A stretch of 62,222 nt of DNA from contig CANFOW010000004.1 of NCBI GenBank assembly GCA_947448865.1, positions 1 to 62,222 of the forward strand. Reading direction: 5' to 3'. Every line of letters begins with the position of its first letter. Position 1 is the first letter of the stretch. Shown here one piece after another: positions 31,859 to 40,060 of the stretch. Below the pieces are notes generated by a model, which was given only the letters and a program-made list of their open reading frames with translations, did not search any database and was not told where the DNA came from. The position numbers and the translations under genes were made by a program. The stretch comes from Actinomycetota bacterium (lineage in GTDB: Bacteria; Actinomycetota; Actinomycetes; S36-B12; UBA5976).

Positions 31859-32209
31859 TTATTTGACTTCGACTCGCAATATTTTTTCCATGGGACGACC
31901 TTTAGCAAGTTCATCAACCAATTTGTCGAGATATCGAATCTTGAGCATAAGTGGATCTTCAATTTCCTGAATTTTCACACCACAAATCGTTCCTGTGATT
32001 AACGATGCATTGGGATTGAGAGTTGCTGCTTTGAAGAAGTCAGTGAAATTCGTGTGGTTCTTAATATGTTGCAGTAATGACTTTTCGGAAAAGCCAGTAA
32101 GCCACTTAATCACGTCGTGAAGTTCACTGACGGTACGTCCCTTTTTCTCAACTTTCCTTACATAATGCGGATATACATCACTAAAAGGCATACTGAAAAT
32201 CTTGTGCAT
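31859..32209 (-). CDS. DUF2200 family protein
   Basis: VYPHYV.KVEKKGRT, ITG.ICGV and IRYLDKLVDELAKG motifs. Confidence 0.88.
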   Translation of the reverse strand: MHKIFSMPFSDVYPHYVRKVEKKGRTVSELHDVIKWLTGFSEKSLLQHIKNHTNFTDFFKAATLNPNASLITGTICGVKIQEIEDPLMLKIRYLDKLVDELAKGRPMEKILRVEVK

Positions 32210-32213
32210 GGTT

Positions 32214-32552
32214 CTAAGCATTTCCTTTGAACTTGCGAATTTCTTGTGGCCAACCGCATGCCATGCCTACCTTGGCGCCCCACATCTTCGCTTCATCATC
32301 TGTGTCCACATTGATAATGGTTAGACCGCCAAGGAACTCCCCTGTTGATGTAATCGGCCCACCGATTACTCCATTTTCATCTGAACCGAAAGCATGTTCA
32401 ATTTCTTCTTCAAGTCCACCGGCAAAAACGACTATGCCAGCTTCCTGCATTTCCTTAACAACTGCTCGAGCAAGTGGCCCTCGTGACTCAAACCATTCAG
32501 CACTGTGATCGCCGACCCATTGCTGGTTGAAATAAATAATGTAATTCGGCAC
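32214..32552 (-). CDS. YciI-family protein
   Basis: AG.VVFAGGL, GP..E.LGG.TII and EIR.F pattern; SD gaggag before GTG 32552. Confidence 0.78.
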   Translation of the reverse strand: MPNYIIYFNQQWVGDHSAEWFESRGPLARAVVKEMQEAGIVVFAGGLEEEIEHAFGSDENGVIGGPITSTGEFLGGLTIINVDTDDEAKMWGAKVGMACGWPQEIRKFKGNA

Positions 32553-32641
32553 GGGCGCTCCTCGTGAAATAAGTTTTATCAACTTTAAGGCTACATATGC
32601 GACATGTGTAACTTCGAAACTCGCAACGGCTAAATTGAGTT

Positions 32642-32926
32642 GTGGAGATTTGCGTCAAAGGAGAAGTTTGGCACTGGCGAGGTCCCTCACCTTTTCACTT
32701 CATCCGCACATCGCCAGCTGAAAGCGAAGAAATAAAGTTTCTCGCTGGACATCTGACTTACGGCTGGGGATGCATTCCGGCAACCGTTCGAATTGGTGAA
32801 ACGACTTTTACGACAGCGCTCATACCTAAGGACGGGATTTACCTCATCCCACTCAAAGCAGTCGTTCGCAATTCCGAAAATCTTGAAATTGGAACGCATA
32901 TCACTGCCACATTAAGTTTCACTTAA
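32642..32926 (+). CDS. DUF1905 family protein
   Basis: WHWRGPSPFHF, YGWG.IP and TTALIPKDG.YLIPLK motifs. Confidence 0.82.
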   Translation: MEICVKGEVWHWRGPSPFHFIRTSPAESEEIKFLAGHLTYGWGCIPATVRIGETTFTTALIPKDGIYLIPLKAVVRNSENLEIGTHITATLSFT

Positions 32927-32955
32927 GTAGACGAGTCGTTCTGTAAGCCGGATTC
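32925..32955 (-). repeat. Direct-repeat copy of the rnpB 3' end (distal att-like site)
   Basis: aagtagacgagtcgttctgtaagccggattc is 30/31 identical to 37702-37732. Confidence 0.92.
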
Positions 32956-33050
32956 CGAGTGGCGCTCAAGAAAACCATATCTCAAAGATGAAGTTATAAC
33001 TCTGCCCACGTTGTTGCCCATGAAGTCGTGCTTATTTTGCTACCAAGCAA

Positions 33051-33479
33051 CTAATCACGCACTTCCAGTTCCACAACCTCAATCCCCGAAATCACATCAG
33101 CTAACCTCTTGCCATCTTCTCTGCGCACTATCCCTGAAATGTCCGACAAGTGAAAGCAAACCAGCATAGTTATCCCGAGAGCAAGCAAGATTCCATTCGG
33201 ATTAATCGCATATGCAATGTTTGAAACTGCAAAATATCCAAACCAATAAGCCGTGAAAATCAAGAAGTAGAGGATAAACATTTGAGGACACTTTGCTGGA
33301 GCGTTCGTGGTGTCATTGATCGTAACTATGCGTAACAAGTTTTGAGCAGGCGTTTGTCCTCTCCCCCAGGTAATCAAACTCCAAACCAGCCAACCGATGT
33401 AGGCAGTTCCAATAACCAAAACTATTTCCAAAACCCAAGCCGTGAATCGCCTTGTGGGTTGCACTGGTGTCATGCTCAT
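33051..33479 (-). CDS. RDD-family membrane protein
   Basis: RRFTAWVLE, GQTP..LLRI and RLAD.I.G..VV motifs; ATG overlaps the upstream TGA (ATGA). Confidence 0.65.
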   Translation of the reverse strand: MSMTPVQPTRRFTAWVLEIVLVIGTAYIGWLVWSLITWGRGQTPAQNLLRIVTINDTTNAPAKCPQMFILYFLIFTAYWFGYFAVSNIAYAINPNGILLALGITMLVCFHLSDISGIVRREDGKRLADVISGIEVVELEVRD

Positions 33480-33988
33480 TTCTTCAGACTCGCTTTCGTT
33501 TCTGTGACAACTTCGTTGAGAATTTGGTTCCATGGGGTTGGCTGCATTCCAAACGTTTGTCGCGCAGCGCTGTCATCCAAAATGTAAGGGCGCTGCATTT
33601 GATATGCCGTTTCCTTGAGTGCGCGCATCAGAGGATTAAACAACGCAATCAAATTCCAAATAACGGTTGGAACACTCGAGAGCTTTGGATTTGAAACACC
33701 AGCTGTGGATGCTAGTTCACTTACAACTTCATTTTGAGTTTTTGCTTCATTGCTTGGGACATGCCAAGCCTTACCCCAAGCCCTTGAATCCGAAGCAACG
33801 ATCTTCATAAGTCGAGCAACATCTAGCGGATACGTCCACGTGTGCTTTAGATCAATCGCTCCCAGAACTTGCGCCGGTTTACCTGCGAGCACCTTTGGCA
33901 TAACGCGCGCACCAACACGACTTTGATCGCCAGCGCATACATAATCGGATCCTCGAACTTCAGTGGCCTTAATGATTCCGGCATTCAT
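33476..33988 (-). pseudogene. 3' fragment of an NAD-dependent epimerase/dehydratase
   Basis: VRGSDY..HTWTY..DVAR..AWGKAWHVP; N-terminal GxxGxxG Rossmann half is absent. Confidence 0.75.
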
Positions 33989-33989
33989 T

Positions 33990-34246
33990 TGTTTTGATTC
34001 TCCCGAACTCGAACCCGACTTCCCTAACCCGTGGAATTGTTGATGGACTCGCTTACAGAGTTGAATGAACTCGGCTGCCTTTCAGATAAGAACGTCAAAA
34101 CTGCTCCAATGATTGCTTGGAGCATGGTTCATGGCTTTGCAGGATTAGCCGCACAAGGTGCAACTGGTAACTCAAACGAAACTCTTGCTTCGAAAAAGGA
34201 TGTTCTTGCCGCAGTGCTGAAGTCGCTAGACATTAGAAACAACTAG
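33990..34246 (+). pseudogene. 3' fragment of a TetR regulator (WHG C-terminal domain), frameshifted
   Basis: AWSMVHGFA motif, no HTH; apparent 1-nt frameshift near 34031. Confidence 0.7.
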
Positions 34247-34590
34247 GAAAGATCTAGCCTTATGTCAAAGGCAACCATTGCGATTGCGATTCCAGCAGAC
34301 CAAAGCAACGTGCTAGCAATAATGAGCTTCGATGCTCGAAATGGCTTAACTCCTGCCGCAACAGATGCCATCGCGGCAATCTGAGTACCAATTAAAGCTG
34401 GAGCGGCTATCGCCATGCCATAGATCCCATACTTATCGAACATGCGAACGGCTTTTTCAAACTTAGGCGATTCACCAGTTTTACCTTTTGCTGCACGTCG
34501 CTTGATGATTCGATTGCGCATAGTCGAACTCAGATACGCGAAAACTACAATCGCAATTGCATCACCAATTACTGCAGCAATCACAGCCAA
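34243..34590 (-). pseudogene. 3' fragment of a small multidrug-export-like membrane protein
   Basis: FDKYG..G..IGT pattern; 5' end abuts an opposite-strand fragment. Confidence 0.55.
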
Positions 34591-34816
34591 CGCTGATCTT
34601 GAATTACGGTCAGCACCTAACTGTGGCGTGCTCTGTTGGCGTCACAAGAGCGTAAGCGTTGACGACATTAAGCGGCATCTTCCTGACGATGTAATGGTGT
34701 CAAGCACAACTATTAACGGCGAACCATGGCTCAGATCAGTTGCCGCAAACCCAAACGCAAACCCTGCCAAGGTTGTTGCGGGAGTAATACGAGCGGCTGA
34801 AAGAGCTCAGCGTTGA
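34591..34816 (+). pseudogene. 3' fragment of a group II PLP-dependent decarboxylase
   Basis: LEL..P..GVLCWR..VSSTTINGE.WLRSVAANP C-terminal pattern; no start codon. Confidence 0.6.
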
Positions 34817-34848
34817 GTTGGTCGGTAATACTTGCCATGAATTGACGA

Positions 34849-35949
34849 TTAGAGCCCGTGGATCCCAGCAGCCCGAGTAATGAGTCTGGCTTGAACCTCA
34901 GTCAAGGCCTGCTCTGGCAGGCGTTCGCGGTCTGGGCCATACGGGTCGTCGATATGTGTTTTAACGCCAGACATAGTCTCCAAAACTGCCAAGCCACAAT
35001 ATGGAACGTAAGTCGGTGAATAGCCACCTTCATGAGTCATCATGACCTTGCCGTCACACACTTCATCGGCCACCGCGAGCAGCAATTCAGTGAGCTGTCG
35101 ATAGCCAGATGCCGTCAGCAACATTCGACCAAGCGGATCAAAAGCACTTGCATCAAAACCCGATGGCACCACAATCACATCGGGATTAAACCTGCGGATA
35201 GCTGGCACGACAACTTTGATGAATGCCTCAACGTAGCCACCATTGCCCGAGGCGGCTGGCAATGGAATGTTTATAACTGAACCAGTCGCTGATTCATCAC
35301 CAACGTCGTCAATTAAGCCACTATTCATTGGATACAAGTTGTCTTGGTGAAGCGAAATGCATAACACGTTTGGATCCGAGTAGTAAATCTCTTGGGTGCC
35401 ATTGCCATGGTGTACATCCCAGTCGACAACTGCTACTCGCTTGACGCCCATAGTTGCTCGGACATTTTCAATCGCGATGGCAGCATTGGCAAAAATGCAA
35501 AATCCCATTCCGGTCGATGGTATGGAGTGATGGCCAGGTGGTCGCACTAACGCATACGCATTGTTAACGCTGCCGCCTACTACTGCACGCAATGCCTCAA
35601 TGGCGCCACCGGCTGCCAATGCTGCGATTTCGTAGCCACCATAACCAAACGGTGACTCTCCGTCGCCGGCGTCGCCACCTTTTGGATTGAGACTCTCAGC
35701 CTTGATGCGAGCAATGTGCGCGGCAGAGTGAACTCGCAAAATATCTTCTTCAGTTGCTGGCACGGCAGGAATGCGAACCAAGTCTTTAGCTAGTCCTGAC
35801 ACTTCAACTAATGACGCAAAACGAACTTTTGTTTCTGCGCTTTCAAAGTGTTGATACGGCTGCACTGTCGTACTTGGAAACACATGCCCCGCAAATGTTC
35901 CAGTGTCGTGCCAGCCATAAAGTTCTTCCCACACGTAACCAGTTGTCAT
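34849..35949 (-). CDS. Class II histone-deacetylase-like amidohydrolase
   Basis: RPPGHH, GFC, DWDVHHGNGTQ, GFD..DPLG and HEGGY motifs. Confidence 0.92.
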   Translation of the reverse strand: MTTGYVWEELYGWHDTGTFAGHVFPSTTVQPYQHFESAETKVRFASLVEVSGLAKDLVRIPAVPATEEDILRVHSAAHIARIKAESLNPKGGDAGDGESPFGYGGYEIAALAAGGAIEALRAVVGGSVNNAYALVRPPGHHSIPSTGMGFCIFANAAIAIENVRATMGVKRVAVVDWDVHHGNGTQEIYYSDPNVLCISLHQDNLYPMNSGLIDDVGDESATGSVINIPLPAASGNGGYVEAFIKVVVPAIRRFNPDVIVVPSGFDASAFDPLGRMLLTASGYRQLTELLLAVADEVCDGKVMMTHEGGYSPTYVPYCGLAVLETMSGVKTHIDDPYGPDRERLPEQALTEVQARLITRAAGIHGL

Positions 35950-36021
35950 GAGTGTGACTTTACAACTCTTAGCGGCGCTTAACCCTCCCCTTGAAAGGTT
36001 TGATCAACACGTCTTGAGCAG

Positions 36022-36050
36022 AAAGTAGACGAGTCGGTCTGTAAGCCGGA
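36022..36050 (-). repeat. Direct-repeat copy of the rnpB 3' end (proximal att-like site)
   Basis: aaagtagacgagtcggtctgtaagccgga is 29/29 identical to 37701-37729. Confidence 0.95.
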
Positions 36051-36100
36051 GACCTCAACAGCTGCTGTGTTGGCTCCCGCCGCCACACTTGTTGACGTTG

Positions 36101-37609
36101 CTATGGCGTTGGTTCGAGTCCGCGATCGCTAATTTTCCAGCCCTTATTATTTATCAGCGCATCGCGAGCGGCTTGTGCCCCAGAGCTGTAATAAGTAACT
36201 GGCGCATCTAACCGCACATCACTTTGCAGATTCGACACATTGCTATATAAAGCATTTAACAATGCGGAATAATTTGCAGTGGAAAAGGCTGAGGCACCAG
36301 TGAACATGCTGTCCATGAAAGTGACTTTAGATGTGTCCCAAGTACTGATGTTTTGGTTGAAGGCTGTCGCGCCGTTGAACATGTAGCCCATCCTGATTAC
36401 TTTAGACGTATTCCACGAACCGATGTTCTGATTAAAGACTGAGGCGCCGTTGAACATGCTGTTCATATTCTCGACCTTTGAGGTATTCCACGAACCGATG
36501 TTCTGGTTAAAGACTAAGGCGCTGTCGAACATGCTGTCCATATTCTCGACCTTTGACGTATTCCACGAACCGATGTTCTGATTAAAGCTTGGGGCGCCGA
36601 GGAACATGACGGCCATGTTGGTGACCTTAGATGTGTCCCACGCACTGATGTTCTGGTTAAAGACAGAGGCATATTGGAACATGCCGCGCATGTTGGTGAC
36701 CTTAGAAGTGTTCCATGGACTTATGTTCTGGTTAAAACGTGAGGCGAAGCTGAACATGTACGACATGTCGGTGACCTGAGACGTATTCCACGAACTGATA
36801 TCCTGATTAAACAATTCCGCGCCATCGAACATGTCCGACATGTTGGTAACTGAATTTGGAACTGTTGTCGGCACACTCGTTAGCGATGTAGCGCCGTAAA
36901 ATGCAGCCGAAAAGCTTGTCCAGTTTCCAAACCAGCTCGAAACGGATGTCAACTGCGAGACTCCCGCGAAGCTATAGGAATCGCCAAAAGTAAGACCGTC
37001 CGTACCCGAGAGGTAAGAAAAGATCACCGTCATGGGTACCGGTGAGGATTCAGAGTTTGTAAAATCACACGTCAGCACATTGGGGCATTTTGCGGGATCG
37101 TTATTCCACAGGACACTCGGCGTACCAGTCACACCAGAAATAGGCAAAGTCACCTTAGTTGTCGCAGATGCTGGAAGAGAAAAATTGAGAGTCATCGAGG
37201 TAACAATGTAAGGGGCCGCTCCAGCGACATACGTCACCTTTGCACTAGCCGGACCAAATCCTTTTTTGTTTTTCGATTTTGCGAACACGGAAACAGTCTT
37301 GCCATTCCTAATTGACTTAACTGTGCACGACGTTTTGGTTTTCTTAATCGTGCACGACTTACCACCCGCAGTTACCGTGCTGCCAGTAATCGTTGAGCCA
37401 CCGTTATTTGTAGGCAACACGACAGTCACTGTGAGGTTGACTTTCCCCTTTTTAGGAGTCGAAGAAACAATCGACACCACGGTTGGCGCCGACGGCTTTG
37501 CAATCTTTACTTTTGTGGGAAGACTAGTTACTGAAAGAGCCCTAGAGGGAGCAGCTGCAACGCCAGCAGCAAGCAACAACATGGTCACAAGAATAAGAAA
37601 TTTACGCAC
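36101..37609 (-). CDS. Secreted DUF285/BspA-type surface repeat protein with N-terminal Fn3-like domain
   Basis: Signal peptide; Lys-rich beta domain (P.AP...NGGS.IT..TV..N..G.GP); about 7.5 repeats of WNTSKVxNMxxMFxxAxxFNQNIxx. Confidence 0.88.
   Translation of the reverse strand: MRKFLILVTMLLLAAGVAAAPSRALSVTSLPTKVKIAKPSAPTVVSIVSSTPKKGKVNLTVTVVLPTNNGGSTITGSTVTAGGKSCTIKKTKTSCTVKSIRNGKTVSVFAKSKNKKGFGPASAKVTYVAGAAPYIVTSMTLNFSLPASATTKVTLPISGVTGTPSVLWNNDPAKCPNVLTCDFTNSESSPVPMTVIFSYLSGTDGLTFGDSYSFAGVSQLTSVSSWFGNWTSFSAAFYGATSLTSVPTTVPNSVTNMSDMFDGAELFNQDISSWNTSQVTDMSYMFSFASRFNQNISPWNTSKVTNMRGMFQYASVFNQNISAWDTSKVTNMAVMFLGAPSFNQNIGSWNTSKVENMDSMFDSALVFNQNIGSWNTSKVENMNSMFNGASVFNQNIGSWNTSKVIRMGYMFNGATAFNQNISTWDTSKVTFMDSMFTGASAFSTANYSALLNALYSNVSNLQSDVRLDAPVTYYSSGAQAARDALINNKGWKISDRGLEPTP
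36290..36860 (-). repeat. 75-bp (25-aa) tandem coding repeats
   Basis: Recurring gtattccacgaaccgatgttctg(a/g)ttaaa with 75-nt period; boundaries approximate. Confidence 0.85.
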
Positions 37610-37705
37610 GGTCGGGACTCCTCAAAAATCACAATGTTTAACAGTACTGAAAATGCTCCAAGAAATGGTTCGTTTCGTGATTTACCGTTGCTTAATAGGC
37701 AAAGT

Positions 37706-38079
37706 AGACGAGTCGGTCTGTAAGCCGGATTCTGTACGCTTGCGCGTGATGATCATCCATCTGCGATTGCTGTTGCCAGCAACCTGTTGCAACCTACCCG
37801 CAGGCTGATAGCGGGCCGCTACCTGCGTCAGACCCGAAGGTCCTCTTGGTCTTGCTCCGAGTGGGGTTTACCTAGCCGCTCATGTCACCATGTGCGCTGG
37901 TGGTCTCTTACACCACCGTTTCACCCTGACCTAGCTACGCTTGCGCGAAACTAGGCGGTCTACTTTCTGTTGCACTTTCCCGTGGGTCACCCCAGGTGGA
38001 CGTTATCCACCACTCTTGCCCTATGGAGTCCGGACTTTCCTCGAACATTGCTGCCCGCGATCATCCGACCGACTCGTCT
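37706..38079 (-). ncRNA. rnpB: RNase P RNA (type A)
   Basis: Reverse complement has GAGGAAAGUCCGG and ACAGAAUCCGGCUUA; terminal P1 helix agacgagtcggtc/gaccgactcgtct; -10 TATCCT just upstream. Confidence 0.97.
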
Positions 38080-38115
38080 GTTTCAAGGATAAGGGTGTTT
38101 CGTTAGTGTGGAAAA

Positions 38116-39726
38116 GTGATTGATGTAGTTCTACGCGGTGGCTTGGTCCACACGGTTGATTCGCCTTTCCCAAGCGCCGTATCTGTTGGAATCACTGGGA
38201 ACCACATCAGTTATATAGGACCTCCTCACGACGAACCTGCAGCACGAAATGTTATTCAACTTGAAGGCCAGCTGATCACTCCGGGAATCATCGACAGCCA
38301 CAATCACCTCCTGTTGGGATTTGATAGCGATGCTGTGAATCTGCAAGATCTTCATACTGTGGAGCACGTGCGAGACCGCCTATCCACTTTTGCCCAAAGT
38401 CGGTCGGACCTGACGTGGGTGTGTGGAGAAAATGCAAACTACACAGTGGTTGAAGGTCGTCGACCGAGTGCGCAAGACCTAATGGGTGTCACGGATCGAC
38501 CAGTTTTTATTACAACCTACGACCAACATTCCGTGTGGCTTAATGATGTTGCGATTCAGGTACTCGACATTACTAAGACCAGTGAGTTTGCTTGGGGTAA
38601 CCCAGAATTCGACGACCGCACTGGTGAGCCAACTGGATGGATTACAGACTTCTATACAAGCGCCATGACCAGTCGCGGCATTGAAGCGTTGCGTCGCGAT
38701 ATTCCGATGTATTCACCGGATCGTCGCTATCGCAAATTACTGTCGAGTTTGAGCATGGCTACCAAGTTTGGAATCACCACTGCCGTTGAACCGCAAGTTC
38801 CCCTCGCGGAACTTGATCTGCTTGAGCGTGCTCGCGATGAAGGCAAACTGTCCTCACGAGTCATCGCAGCACTGTTCCATCCCGTTGATGAAGGCCGCGA
38901 GTTTCGAGCGACACTTCGCAGTACCGTTGACAACTTCGCCGCTCACGACAGAATCGAACTCGGGCCTATCAAGCTGTACGCAGATGATGTCATCGAGCCA
39001 CACACTGCATGGATGCTCGATGACTATGCGAATCGTCCAGGACTTCGAGGACATCCCAGCACAGACGTTCTAGATTTCTACGCGTTATTCAACGACTTAG
39101 ACAAACTTGGTTTTCAAACTCATACGCACGCCACCGGTGATGCGGGAGTGCGTCTCATACTCGATGCAATTGAACGCGCAGCTCACACGAATTCCACCAA
39201 AGATCGGCGCCATGGAATTGTGCACGTGGAATGCATTCACCCTGACGACTTGCCTCGACTAAATCAACTCGGTGTCACTGCAGCTATGCAACCTCGACAT
39301 TGTTCACCTGACCTCATCGACGGAACGTGGATGGACAATGTTGGCCAAGACCGTTGGGATCGCGCATGGCGAATTCAATCGCTCATGAACAGCGGCGCAA
39401 ATGTTGCGTTCTCAAGTGACTGGCAAGTCGGTGAAATGGATCCGCTGGTTGGAATGTACTCAGCAATGACTCGCGCATCACTCGATGGAACTCGTTCGTG
39501 GACTCCAGATGAACGCACATCTCTTCATCAGGCAATCAATGCGTACACAATCAATGGTTCCTATGCATGGCATCACGAATCCACCCGAGGTGAATTGCGG
39601 GTTGGAGCTTTAGCTGACGTGGTCGTGTGGACATCAAACTTATATGAGCTCACACCTGATGAATTACTTGACCAGAAAGCGCTCATCACAATGGTTGACG
39701 GAGTTATCGAACACGACGCTCGCTAG
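38116..39726 (+). CDS. Amidohydrolase family 3 (YtcJ-like)
   Basis: PGIIDSHNH, KLYAD, HATGD, VHVE, SSDW, YTING and ADVVV motifs. Confidence 0.9.
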   Translation: MIDVVLRGGLVHTVDSPFPSAVSVGITGNHISYIGPPHDEPAARNVIQLEGQLITPGIIDSHNHLLLGFDSDAVNLQDLHTVEHVRDRLSTFAQSRSDLTWVCGENANYTVVEGRRPSAQDLMGVTDRPVFITTYDQHSVWLNDVAIQVLDITKTSEFAWGNPEFDDRTGEPTGWITDFYTSAMTSRGIEALRRDIPMYSPDRRYRKLLSSLSMATKFGITTAVEPQVPLAELDLLERARDEGKLSSRVIAALFHPVDEGREFRATLRSTVDNFAAHDRIELGPIKLYADDVIEPHTAWMLDDYANRPGLRGHPSTDVLDFYALFNDLDKLGFQTHTHATGDAGVRLILDAIERAAHTNSTKDRRHGIVHVECIHPDDLPRLNQLGVTAAMQPRHCSPDLIDGTWMDNVGQDRWDRAWRIQSLMNSGANVAFSSDWQVGEMDPLVGMYSAMTRASLDGTRSWTPDERTSLHQAINAYTINGSYAWHHESTRGELRVGALADVVVWTSNLYELTPDELLDQKALITMVDGVIEHDAR

Positions 39727-39796
39727 TTAAACCGCTTGAAAAAGAACCTGAAAACAAAACCTAAAAGCGAACCTGAAAACAAAACACAATATGGTT

Positions 39797-39835
39797 GAAG
39801 CCCTTGTGAGAGGTATGAGTTCTCGCAAGGGCTTC
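39797..39835. terminator. Hairpin in the convergent intergenic region
   Basis: gaagcccttgtgaga...tctcgcaagggcttc. Confidence 0.65.
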
Positions 39836-40060
39836 CTTGCGCCAGAGTGACTGAGTTTGCGCCCTGCGGTGACACTGTCGCGCGTATGTGCGATGCACTC
39901 CACGCGATGATCGAACCGGGACATCCCAATCATCACTGACTAATCTCGTTCTACGCCTCGCCTATCGATACCGCAACCTATTTAGCCAATTTGTAGAAGT
40001 CCCTTATACAAAAACCAATTGAATGAGGCAGTTAGAACAGTAAAGGCATGTACAACCTTG

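Larger units (their letters stand above)
32956..36021. mobile_element. Integrase-less cargo segment / decayed island between rnpB-end repeats
   Basis: Bounded by the repeats at 32925 and 36022; contains several truncated genes. Confidence 0.65.
36051..37700. mobile_element. Single-gene cassette flanked by perfect rnpB-end direct repeats
   Basis: Carries only the DUF285 gene; no recombinase. Confidence 0.7.

Noticed and set aside
34442-34816. 124-aa ORF as an intact gene
   Set aside because: Its N-terminal half is antisense to another gene stump; only the tail resembles a decarboxylase
36290-36860. DUF285 repeats as a diversity-generating retroelement target
   Set aside because: No reverse transcriptase or template repeat; differences between units are not adenine-specific
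32925-37732. Three ~30-bp direct repeats as a CRISPR array
   Set aside because: The spacing is 1.7-3.1 kb, the repeats match the rnpB 3' end, and there are no cas genes
37266-38123. ORFs 37266-37808 and 37941-38123
   Set aside because: Antisense to the DUF285 gene and rnpB; no recognisable protein features
39900-39930. ggttcgatc (minus strand) as the T-loop of a tRNA remnant
   Set aside because: No T-stem pairing or cloverleaf can be formed
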